Assembly: GCA_036160735.1 (NCBI GenBank)
Contig: JAYYDR010000055.1
Coordinates: 1-60,458, forward strand
Origin: Thermoplasmatota archaeon
Lineage (GTDB): Archaea > Thermoplasmatota > Poseidoniia > Poseidoniales > Poseidoniaceae
Length of the DNA stretch: 60,458 nucleotides
Direction of reading: 5' to 3'
Shown: positions 51,089-59,340 of the stretch, in pieces
How positions within the stretch are numbered: the first letter of the stretch is position 1
Layout: each line of letters begins with the position of its first letter
The notes under the pieces: model-generated
Seen by the model: only the letters and a program-made list of their open reading frames with translations
The model's database searches: none
What the model was told of the DNA's origin: nothing
Translations under genes and position numbers: made by a program

Positions 51089-52327
51089 ATGGCACGCAAG
51101 CTTCCTGCACAACCCGAAGTCAACATTGGTTTGGTCGGCCACGTAGACCACGGGAAAACCACTCTAACCCAGGCACTATCTGGAGTTTGGACCGATACTC
51201 ATTCAGAAGAAAGAAAACGTGGTATTTCTATCAAACTAGGATATGCAGACACTGCTTTCTACAAAACCGGTGATGGCGAGTATTACGCAACAGGAAAGAG
51301 ACCTGGTGGCGGAAATGACGATGCAACCGAGTTGCAGAGAGTTGTGTCATTCGTAGACGCACCCGGGCACGAGACTCTAATGGCGATTATGATCACCGGG
51401 GCCAGCATCATGGATGGTGCAATGTTGATGGTTGCAGCAAATGAGACCTGCCCGCAACCACAAACAAGAGAACATCTGATGGCCCTGGAAATTGCGGGAA
51501 TCGAAAATATAGTAATCGTTCAAAATAAAATCGACTTGGTTAGTCGAGAAAGGGCACTAGAATCTCACAAAGAAATCAAGGAATTCCTGAAAGGAACCAT
51601 TGCTGAGAATTCACCGATTATCCCAGTATCTGCTCACCACGATGTGAACCTGGACATCCTAATCCAAGCAATTGAGGCGACAATCCCTACTCCTGACCGC
51701 TCACAAGACAAGCGAGCAATCATGCACGTTGCACGATCGTTTGACATTAACAAGCCCGGTACTCGCCCTACCAAGTTGAAAGGTGGAGTAATCGGAGGCA
51801 GTATCGTTGAAGGACAATTCAACATCAATGATGAGATTCTCATAGGACCTGGAAGAAAGATAGAGAAGGGTAACAAGGTGCACTACGAGCCAATTCGCTC
51901 CAAGGTAATCAGCATGCAAGGTGGAGGCTTGAATCTTGACAACATGCATGCCGGTGGACTTTGTGGAATGGCAACACCACTAGATCCTGCAATTACAACT
52001 GCAGATAATCTATCTGGACAAGTCGTTGCAAAGGTTGGAGACCTTCCAGAAGTAAGAGACACTGTGGATATAGCAGTCAATCTGATGGAGAATATGGTTG
52101 CTGGAGAAGGAGAAGATGCTTCACCGATTATGCCCCTTCGCTCTAATGAGATGTTGATGGTAAACGTTGCAACTGCAACTAGCGTAGGAGTCGTTTCAAA
52201 CGTCAAGAAAGGCAAAGCAACTCTATCCCTGCGCTTACCAATATGTGCAGACAGCGGTCAAAGAATCTCACTATCACGACGTGTAGGTTCTAGATGGCGA
52301 CTTATCGGGCACGGAACAATCGAGTGA
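51089..52327 (+). CDS. eif2g: translation initiation factor aIF2 gamma subunit
   Basis: 412 aa. GHVDHGKTTL, DAPGHE and NKID GTPase motifs with aIF2-gamma domain II/III. Confidence 0.95.
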   Translation: MARKLPAQPEVNIGLVGHVDHGKTTLTQALSGVWTDTHSEERKRGISIKLGYADTAFYKTGDGEYYATGKRPGGGNDDATELQRVVSFVDAPGHETLMAIMITGASIMDGAMLMVAANETCPQPQTREHLMALEIAGIENIVIVQNKIDLVSRERALESHKEIKEFLKGTIAENSPIIPVSAHHDVNLDILIQAIEATIPTPDRSQDKRAIMHVARSFDINKPGTRPTKLKGGVIGGSIVEGQFNINDEILIGPGRKIEKGNKVHYEPIRSKVISMQGGGLNLDNMHAGGLCGMATPLDPAITTADNLSGQVVAKVGDLPEVRDTVDIAVNLMENMVAGEGEDASPIMPLRSNEMLMVNVATATSVGVVSNVKKGKATLSLRLPICADSGQRISLSRRVGSRWRLIGHGTIE

Positions 52328-52332
52328 TTTTC

Positions 52333-52692
52333 ATGAAAAAGGTCCTTGTTGATGCCTGCGGCTGGGTCGCAGTCATCGAGGCTGGAATAAACATCGACCT
52401 CGCTTTGCTCGAATGTTGCGGTTACAAAGACTTGGCAGTCGTACCCAACGTGATTTCAGAGTTGCAATCGTTAAACAATCCAAAATTAATGATTTCAATG
52501 CTAGAAGCAAAGTCTGAGATGTTGGTAGCACCAATCGATTCTGGAAAACATACTGACGACCAATTGTTCGCCCTAGCTATGGGAAACAATTGGCCGATAT
52601 TGACCGTTGATACCGAATTAAAACGTCGATTATCAAAATCGAACCTAAATTGGGTTGAAGTTAGTGGCAGAACCCATCTTAGAATGGTATGA
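52333..52692 (+). CDS. PIN-domain protein (VapC/Fcf1-like)
   Basis: ATG 52333 (MKKVLVDACGW...). Acidic residues sit at PIN positions (VLVD, ...TVDTELKRRL). It lies directly downstream of eif2g, a position a PIN gene often occupies in archaea. Confidence 0.55.
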   Translation: MKKVLVDACGWVAVIEAGINIDLALLECCGYKDLAVVPNVISELQSLNNPKLMISMLEAKSEMLVAPIDSGKHTDDQLFALAMGNNWPILTVDTELKRRLSKSNLNWVEVSGRTHLRMV

Positions 52693-52736
52693 TTACATAT
52701 GCCGGTGATTAATTCATATAGTCAAATAATAACATA

Positions 52737-53141
52737 GTGACTGTGTCCACACAAAAATCAGCAGATTTTGACATTGAAACCGACTCAGATAACCATGAGA
52801 TGGTTGACTTGCTAATCTCTTTGGGAGTAGGTCATAACATTGCTAAATCGCTAATTTGCCTACACAAGCATGGACCCTCAAAATCAATCGATTTACAGAA
52901 AAGATGCTCACTTAGGCAACCAGATGTTTCAATCGCAATTAGTAGCTTAAACGAACTTGGCGTGGTTAATATCGTCCCGATGAATACTAAAGGAAGAGGC
53001 AGACCATCTCACATCTATGAGTTAGCCATGCCACTAGACGAGGCACTGGTACCATTTAGAAGGCAAGCTAATGAAAGATTGACAGTTATTCAAAATCAAT
53101 TGTCTAGGCTAGCAGAACTTGCTAGCATACACTCAAACTAA
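52737..53141 (+). CDS. winged-helix (ArsR/TrmB-like) transcriptional regulator
   Basis: 134 aa, GTG start. SIDLQKRCSLRQPDVSIAISSLNELGVVNIVPMNTKGRGRPSHIYEL is an HTH plus wing. Confidence 0.55.
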   Translation: MTVSTQKSADFDIETDSDNHEMVDLLISLGVGHNIAKSLICLHKHGPSKSIDLQKRCSLRQPDVSIAISSLNELGVVNIVPMNTKGRGRPSHIYELAMPLDEALVPFRRQANERLTVIQNQLSRLAELASIHSN

Positions 53142-53431
53142 GGAAGCGTGAACAGGTTATCATCACCATGACCGTCAAGTAGCCGTAACTTCACTCCAGC
53201 ATCAATCCAAGCATGGGCGTAATTTATCGCTCCGAATGCTCTAACATAATCGCCAGTATCCATGAAATGCTTGGCATCACTGGCATAATCATCTGCCATT
53301 CTCAAGAGGATATCCAATTGCATATACTCAGGAGTACCTTCTTCGTGAATTCTAGTTGCTTTTTCTCTCGCCATTTTTGTAAGATTGAGATAATGTTCCA
53401 ATTTGGATGTTGTAACCCTATCATCGACCAT
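53138..53431 (-). CDS. DUF357-like small helical protein
   Basis: 97 aa. DYVRAFGAINYAHAWIDAGVKLRLLD resembles the archaeal DUF357 C-terminal motif. The start abuts the upstream stop (53431/53432). Confidence 0.4.
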   Translation of the reverse strand: MVDDRVTTSKLEHYLNLTKMAREKATRIHEEGTPEYMQLDILLRMADDYASDAKHFMDTGDYVRAFGAINYAHAWIDAGVKLRLLDGHGDDNLFTLP

Positions 53432-54460
53432 TTACTCACCCCTTTGTCTAGCGAGTAAACGGTTAACGTCTGAAGTTCTGCCTAAAGATTCATACAAATC
53501 GATGGCAAGAGAGATTCTACCTTCGTCCTCAGCATCGCATGCTCTCTTGAAAATCCTCCTTCTCTCCTCCCAATCGCTTGCAACTTGAGCTTCAGCCACC
53601 ATTTTTTGCATCTCAACTCTTCTCAACTGCATCAATTCTGCGGATCTCCATATTCTAACTAGACCATTGCGTTTCACTGTAGCCATAGTATCTGCAGCCA
53701 AACCAACCAAGTAGTCTCCTAAGTCAGTATTTGCTGACTTAATTGATACATCTTCAGTCATGCAGTGCAAACCACCTTCAATCGATAGGACCCACCAACC
53801 GTCGCCTGCCCTGTGCGCAGATAGTGGTTCGAGTGATCTTGTGTCGATAGTGGATAGGCTGTCCCAGCCATATGGATGTGGAGAACCCTCCCAAAGCATA
53901 CCGTCAGCTGATTGAAGCAATACTCTACCACCAGACATGGCACTAACCCACGACCATACTCTATCCTCTAATAGACGCTGAGAATTTTCATTTGCTAGTC
54001 TAGCGCATCTGAGTTTACCATCATCGTCTTGCCACATTAGATGTTCACGGTCAAACCAGCCAATCAGTCTGCGAACTCCACCTACGTCCAGCCTCTTTAT
54101 GCCCCTTCCTTCGGCATTGAATACATGCAACTGGCCTTTACGACAAGATAGTACCCAACCACCTCCTGGTCTGGCTAAGATGCCACTGAAACCGCCTGTG
54201 GTAGACCTGCCTTCGCCGATTTGCGACCCATCACTAACTCTCAGTAGATGGAAACCGTGCCCGCACAGTACTCCGATTTTTCCAGATGCATGTGCGGCAG
54301 AGTGTACTCGGAATGGTAGTGACCTTTTCCATCTCTGATTGGTTTCTTCATCCAACAGTATGATTTCTAATCCAAAAGCGATTAGAATTTCATTTCCGAC
54401 GCTGCAAGTTGTAGAGATAATATCTGGTGATTGATAAGACCTTGAAACTGACCAACTCAT
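53432..54460 (-). CDS. W/G-rich repeat protein (possible beta-propeller) with helical C-terminus
   Basis: ATG 54460 forms an ATGA overlap with the upstream stop (54457-54460); the track start is 54484. Recurrent blade-like units are GKIGVLCGHGFHLL, GGWVLSCRKGQLHVF, GRVLLQSADGMLW, DGWWVLSIEGGLHC and NGLVRIW. Confidence 0.4.
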   Translation of the reverse strand: MSWSVSRSYQSPDIISTTCSVGNEILIAFGLEIILLDEETNQRWKRSLPFRVHSAAHASGKIGVLCGHGFHLLRVSDGSQIGEGRSTTGGFSGILARPGGGWVLSCRKGQLHVFNAEGRGIKRLDVGGVRRLIGWFDREHLMWQDDDGKLRCARLANENSQRLLEDRVWSWVSAMSGGRVLLQSADGMLWEGSPHPYGWDSLSTIDTRSLEPLSAHRAGDGWWVLSIEGGLHCMTEDVSIKSANTDLGDYLVGLAADTMATVKRNGLVRIWRSAELMQLRRVEMQKMVAEAQVASDWEERRRIFKRACDAEDEGRISLAIDLYESLGRTSDVNRLLARQRGE

Positions 54461-56040
54461 ACGCTCGCCTCCATTATTCCCCAAGCCACCATTTGGGCTC
54501 TGGCATCATTTGTTAATTTGAACATCCTAGAACGTCCTCTTTGTTGGACTGACAAAATACCTGCTCTATAGAGGCGATTACACATCTGCGACATCCTTGG
54601 CCTACCTATCTTTAGTTGGTCCTGTAATCTTGAATCAGAGGGTGATAATTCCCTATTCGATGATACTTCGACTAGGACTGCTTCATTCTTTGACAAGTTC
54701 CTCAATGTGTGTACATCAAGGGCGTTACTTTCTCTTTGGCCTATAACTGGCCTCCTCATACCTGCGAGTAACTCCGCCAAACTATGACCATCTGGGACTT
54801 TCAATGCCTCGAATAACTGCCCCAACAAACCTTCAACATTCCCGCTTCTCAAAACCTCCTGTTCAAATTCCTCGTTTAATTCAGAGTAGTCATCTACTTG
54901 GTCATCGATAAGTGGTTCATCAACAACAGGCACACTTTGTGGTGCAAGTACTGCATTTGGCTCGTTTGCAAGCCATAGTTCATTTGCATCTCCGCCTTCG
55001 GGCTCTCTTTGTGCTGGCTTGGCCTTTGTTTTGTCAAATCTTGGTGCAAGATGCTTGTTGTCTCGATTTCTAGCAGCAAGGCCACTAAACGGACCGCTTA
55101 CTGGCATTGAGTTGACCCCAGAATCCTCCATGTAAATCGTTTCAGGCTCTTCCTCTAACTGGTCTAGGTTCAAATCAAAAATCGGCATCTCTGTCTCCAC
55201 TAACTCTTCGTTAAGAATTTCATCAATACCAACGATGCTACTTTCCTCTACCGAGACACTAGGGGTAGGGTTTTCAATGACTGGGTCAAATTTGACATCT
55301 CTAGGGTTTGCTCTCTCTTCATCGACGAGGTCCCGCATCAATCTCATAACTCTGGATGGATTGCCAGAGGTATTCTCCATCACGTAATCTAATGAATTCT
55401 CTGGCATTGACCATGAGATGTTGGCTGTTGTAGCCATTCTAGATTCACACAATTTGCGCACCTCATCCCTATCTAGCGAACCAATAATGTCTACATGGTC
55501 AAACCTGTTTACTAGATTTGTAGGCCACTGAGCCCTTTGTTCTGTAGAAAGCACGACCACTACAAGTGCATTCATACGCTCAAATGGAGCGACTAGGGTG
55601 GAAAGGACCTCTGAGAGTTTCTTTCCGTCTACATTCGCATAATCAAGTGCAATAAGGGGAAGATCTCCTGTTGATTTCTCGGTTTCTTGTACCAATCTAG
55701 ACACCATCTCAGGAGTGCTGGATGGAACCTCAAAACCTACAAACGAAACGAAAATTTCGTGCAGTATTTTTTTGGCGTGCTCGGAATCAGGAAACATGTC
55801 TAGATGTACACTCTTTTGAGTCTCCTCAGACAAACATCGCATCAAGGATGACCGACCTGTTCCACTTTCGCCAATAAGCAAAATCATCCTAGCATTTCTA
55901 GCTTTAATGAATCTAGTCCATCTTGCAGTTAATTCATCTCTACCGACAAGAAGTTCTGATTTTCCTCTCTCCAATGGCCTAGCTTGGAACGGATTATTCC
56001 TAAGACCTGGTATGCCCAATGGTGGTGAATCTTCGCTCAT
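54457..56040 (-). CDS. ORC/Cdc6- or Arch_ATPase-like P-loop protein with deviant Walker A, acidic linker and C-terminal winged helix
   Basis: 527 aa. NPF...LVGRDEL...ILLIGESGTGRSSL (Arg where the Walker Lys is expected, codon 55852-55854), LIALDY and VVVVLST. An about 150-aa D/E/P-rich linker follows, then a C-terminal MSQMCNRLYRAGILSVQQRGRSRMFKLT. Confidence 0.6.
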   Translation of the reverse strand: MSEDSPPLGIPGLRNNPFQARPLERGKSELLVGRDELTARWTRFIKARNARMILLIGESGTGRSSLMRCLSEETQKSVHLDMFPDSEHAKKILHEIFVSFVGFEVPSSTPEMVSRLVQETEKSTGDLPLIALDYANVDGKKLSEVLSTLVAPFERMNALVVVVLSTEQRAQWPTNLVNRFDHVDIIGSLDRDEVRKLCESRMATTANISWSMPENSLDYVMENTSGNPSRVMRLMRDLVDEERANPRDVKFDPVIENPTPSVSVEESSIVGIDEILNEELVETEMPIFDLNLDQLEEEPETIYMEDSGVNSMPVSGPFSGLAARNRDNKHLAPRFDKTKAKPAQREPEGGDANELWLANEPNAVLAPQSVPVVDEPLIDDQVDDYSELNEEFEQEVLRSGNVEGLLGQLFEALKVPDGHSLAELLAGMRRPVIGQRESNALDVHTLRNLSKNEAVLVEVSSNRELSPSDSRLQDQLKIGRPRMSQMCNRLYRAGILSVQQRGRSRMFKLTNDARAQMVAWGIMEASV

Positions 56041-56101
56041 GATAGCACTGGAAATTACTGAGTATATGATGTTTCACTCTCATGCTACCCTTTTGAAGAC
56101 T

Positions 56102-56194
56102 GTTAATACACGTTAAATCAACTACGGAATTGATGTTTTTAGGTTGATTAACGTATTGTTAACGGTATGTTAACGCGTTAAAAAAAGCGTTAAT
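56102..56194. promoter_or_regulatory. cluster of seven GTTAA/TTAAC units including a 12-bp perfect palindrome
   Basis: GTTAA(T/A/C) at 56102, 56112, 56158, 56169, 56177 and 56189, and TTAAC at 56148. TTAACGCGTTAA at 56170-56181 is a perfect palindrome. CGTTAAATCAAC (56111-22) and GTTGATTAACG (56143-53) form an inverted repeat with a 1-nt indel. Confidence 0.45.
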
Positions 56195-56247
56195 CGCCGG
56201 TTTCTTCATCAAGTGCAGACCTTTGGCTTTGACCAGAGGCAACCACC

Positions 56248-57546
56248 ATGCCAGTCGAAGACAGCAGGCTTTCTGGATTCTACAAATTGTCTGTATCAGA
56301 GCGAAGAGAAAAGGTTGCTCAATTATCATCTCTATCTGCCGAGGAAGTTGAAGCCCTAGCTAGACATGGAGAGTTGGGAGAGGTTGCTGCAGATAGAATG
56401 ATAGAAAATGTGATCGGCACAATGTCATTGCCAGTGGGTGTCGCTACGAACTTCGTTATCGATGGGAAGGCATACTTAATCCCATTTTGCGTTGAAGAAT
56501 CCAGTATTGTGGCAGCTGCTAGTAATATGGCAAAACGCTGCCTCAAAATGGGCGGATTCAAGACTAACAATGACAATCCTGTCATGATTGCTCAAATTCA
56601 AATTTTAGAAATTGAGGACCTAAGTACAGCAAAAGAGGCAATTCTTACCGCAAAGTATGAGTTAATGGCGATGTGTAACTCCCTGCCTTCGACGATGATT
56701 AGACTAGGAGGAGGTTGCAAAGATATTGAAGTCAGAGAAATTGATACAATGTCCGGACCAATGCTAGTTGTTCACCTGCTAGTCGATACGAGAGACGCCA
56801 TGGGTGCGAATGCAGTCAACACAATGGCGGAATTAGTTAGTGGCAAAATCGAAGAAATAACTGCAGGCAGAGTTCACCTACGCATCCTTTCGAACCTTGC
56901 AACCCATCGCCTAGCCAAAGTAAGAGCAGAGTTTACTCCCGAGGAATTATCCGATGATGGCACCAGAGAAAATGGCAGTAAGATAATCAAAGGAATATTG
57001 GAAGCGCACCATTTTGCAATGGCAGACCCGTACAGGGCTACAACTCACAACAAAGGCATAATGAATGCAATTAGCGCAATCGCACTTGCTTGTGGTCAAG
57101 ATTGGAGAGCGATTGAGGCTGGGTGTCACGCCTGGGCATCTGTAGAAACAGGATCCTACACATCGATGACAAGGTGGGAAAGGAATGAAGAAGGAAATCT
57201 AGTTGGAAGCATTGAGACGCCGATGGCAGTAGGGATTGTTGGTGGTGCATCCAAGGTTCATCCTGCTGCTCGTGCTAACCTCTCGATTCTTGGAGTCGAA
57301 TCCGCACAAGAACTTGCAGGAATTATGGCTGCTGCAGGCATTGCTCAGAATCTAGGAGCAATGCGTGCATTAGCAACAAGCGGAATACAAGCAGGCCACA
57401 TGAAGTTGCATGCACGTAACATGGCCGTAAGTGCGGGCGCTGTAGGGGAAGAAGTAGAGCAAGTTGCAAGAATTGTAAACTCGCAATCCGGGCCAGTCAC
57501 CCAACAATTGGTCAAAGAGACTCTTGAGAGCATCAGAAACGGATAA
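56248..57546 (+). CDS. hmgA: HMG-CoA reductase, class II
   Basis: 432 aa. ENVIGTMSLPVGVA, EESSIVAAASNMAK, DAMGANAVNT and GHMKLHARN blocks, with a length typical of class II enzymes. Confidence 0.9.
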   Translation: MPVEDSRLSGFYKLSVSERREKVAQLSSLSAEEVEALARHGELGEVAADRMIENVIGTMSLPVGVATNFVIDGKAYLIPFCVEESSIVAAASNMAKRCLKMGGFKTNNDNPVMIAQIQILEIEDLSTAKEAILTAKYELMAMCNSLPSTMIRLGGGCKDIEVREIDTMSGPMLVVHLLVDTRDAMGANAVNTMAELVSGKIEEITAGRVHLRILSNLATHRLAKVRAEFTPEELSDDGTRENGSKIIKGILEAHHFAMADPYRATTHNKGIMNAISAIALACGQDWRAIEAGCHAWASVETGSYTSMTRWERNEEGNLVGSIETPMAVGIVGGASKVHPAARANLSILGVESAQELAGIMAAAGIAQNLGAMRALATSGIQAGHMKLHARNMAVSAGAVGEEVEQVARIVNSQSGPVTQQLVKETLESIRNG

Positions 57547-58155
57547 TCACTCATCTTCTGCGATGTCCAGAGTTGTTTGGACTCCACCCTCTGTATCAGT
57601 TTCATCTCTGAGTGCCAATTTGCCTTCCATTCCATCAAGCATACCTGATGAAGTAACCATCTCTCTAAACCATGCTCGAACCTTCTTTCTATCCGTGTGA
57701 GGGCAACCGAACATCTCAGAGAACCGACGTGTAGTTGTCAATCTTCGAGTATTTCCGTCTCTTCTTCTTCCAATTAGACCTGCTTGAGCCAATTCTCTAA
57801 TGTGGTCGTAGGCTCTTTGGCCAAGTAATTCCACTAATCGTGATTGAGGCATCGGCTGATGATAAGCGATTAGAGCAGCAGCCTTCAGCAGTTTAGGAGG
57901 CAATTCTGACTTTGTCTCCTTTGGAAGATGGTCTGCTATTCCAGGCTTCACTTCCATTGCCCATTTACCGCCAATCTCAACGATTTGTAAGCCTCCACCT
58001 CTGCGTCTCTTGATAGTTGATTGCAAATTATTCATTGACTCAAGAATCTCATCATCTTCGTAACCTAAATTTTCAGATAACTCTTGAACACTCAGCGAAC
58101 GTCCTGCGCTAAACAAAGTTGCTTCTAGTAATGTTTCCAAAGGGATTTCAGACAT
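57547..58155 (-). CDS. scpB: segregation and condensation protein B
   Basis: 202 aa. LLEATLFSAGRSLSVQEL and tandem winged helices (LQIVEIGGKWAM...). Confidence 0.8.
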   Translation of the reverse strand: MSEIPLETLLEATLFSAGRSLSVQELSENLGYEDDEILESMNNLQSTIKRRRGGGLQIVEIGGKWAMEVKPGIADHLPKETKSELPPKLLKAAALIAYHQPMPQSRLVELLGQRAYDHIRELAQAGLIGRRRDGNTRRLTTTRRFSEMFGCPHTDRKKVRAWFREMVTSSGMLDGMEGKLALRDETDTEGGVQTTLDIAEDE

Positions 58156-58167
58156 GTAAACAACTCC

Positions 58168-59340
58168 TCACTCGACTAACCAGTCTCCTGGATTCTCTGA
58201 ATCTGACTCTGCAGCAATCTTTGCCATTTCCTCTTCTTTGAGTCTTTCTTTTTCAGCTTCGAGTGCTGCTTGAGCTCTCTCTGCCAATCTTGCTGCATGG
58301 CGCATAGACTCGGTTTCAGCCTCTTTCATAGACTCATAATCATCGGCGATTAACTTCTCGCCCAATTCTGTAGCTTCTTCAAATGTGGCAGCATTAGGCC
58401 ATCTATCTTCTAACATAATCGGGTCATTGGGACCTTCTTGGCTAATCCAGGCATAACCACGATGGGTCAAAAATAGGCCTGAAACAAATGATGTGATCTT
58501 CGATTCAACAGCATAACCTTCTGAAATTTCTCCGAATGTTTGTAGCAATATCTTTTCCAATTCTGTTGTAACCTCAGAGACTGGAACAATTGATTCCCCT
58601 CTAGCAGAAGTAACCGCACGCATAGCAGTCCAACATCTTCTGATATCACCTTCCATGTCTTCGTTGTGCATCCTAGAACCGACATTATCGAGCATGTTCT
58701 TCAATTCTTTAGCGTGCGCCTTGCGATTCTCTTCCTTTGCTTTGAGGATTTCAGCCTCATCACATGCGTCTTTCAATGCTGAAAGTAACTCTCCAAGAGT
58801 AGATGGGCGACCCTCATCACGACGCATCCTCTCACCGAAGAAACCAGGTAGGTGATTGTCTGCGATACCTTCCAGTACAGTAGTTGTGAAAATGAACTCC
58901 TCATCATCATACTCGGATTCCCATCCGAAATCGATGAAATCTTCTTCATCGTCTACATCTAGTGCGATTACTCTGTCAAATAGAGTTGAAGCCTGTTCAG
59001 TCAATACTTCCCAAGACATTCTGATTAATCGTCCGCATGCTGGTAAATCGAGTACAGACGCTTCTTTCCTGACCCGTTGGGTGAATAATTTCAGGAATGC
59101 TGAGAGATCGATATTCCAGGGGTCCATTCCTTCTTCCTTTACTAGGGAAAGAACAAGTGCAACGGACCTATCGAAAGGATCGCTCAAAACTTGATGTTCT
59201 GCGCTGTCTTCCTGAGCGATTCGCATAATCCTGTCAGCATAGCGTTCTGCTTCACGAACATCCTCGTCTTGACTCATCAGTTGGTCAAGAATATCTTGAC
59301 GCAAAAACCAGTCGTCAAGGGCTGATTGTTGCAAAATCAA
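58168..59340 (-). CDS. scpA: segregation and condensation protein A (kleisin), enlarged
   Basis: 390 aa. The DPWNIDLSAFLKLF motif sits after an N-terminal extension. The start overlaps the smc stop (59337-59340). Confidence 0.75.
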   Translation of the reverse strand: MILQQSALDDWFLRQDILDQLMSQDEDVREAERYADRIMRIAQEDSAEHQVLSDPFDRSVALVLSLVKEEGMDPWNIDLSAFLKLFTQRVRKEASVLDLPACGRLIRMSWEVLTEQASTLFDRVIALDVDDEEDFIDFGWESEYDDEEFIFTTTVLEGIADNHLPGFFGERMRRDEGRPSTLGELLSALKDACDEAEILKAKEENRKAHAKELKNMLDNVGSRMHNEDMEGDIRRCWTAMRAVTSARGESIVPVSEVTTELEKILLQTFGEISEGYAVESKITSFVSGLFLTHRGYAWISQEGPNDPIMLEDRWPNAATFEEATELGEKLIADDYESMKEAETESMRHAARLAERAQAALEAEKERLKEEEMAKIAAESDSENPGDWLVE

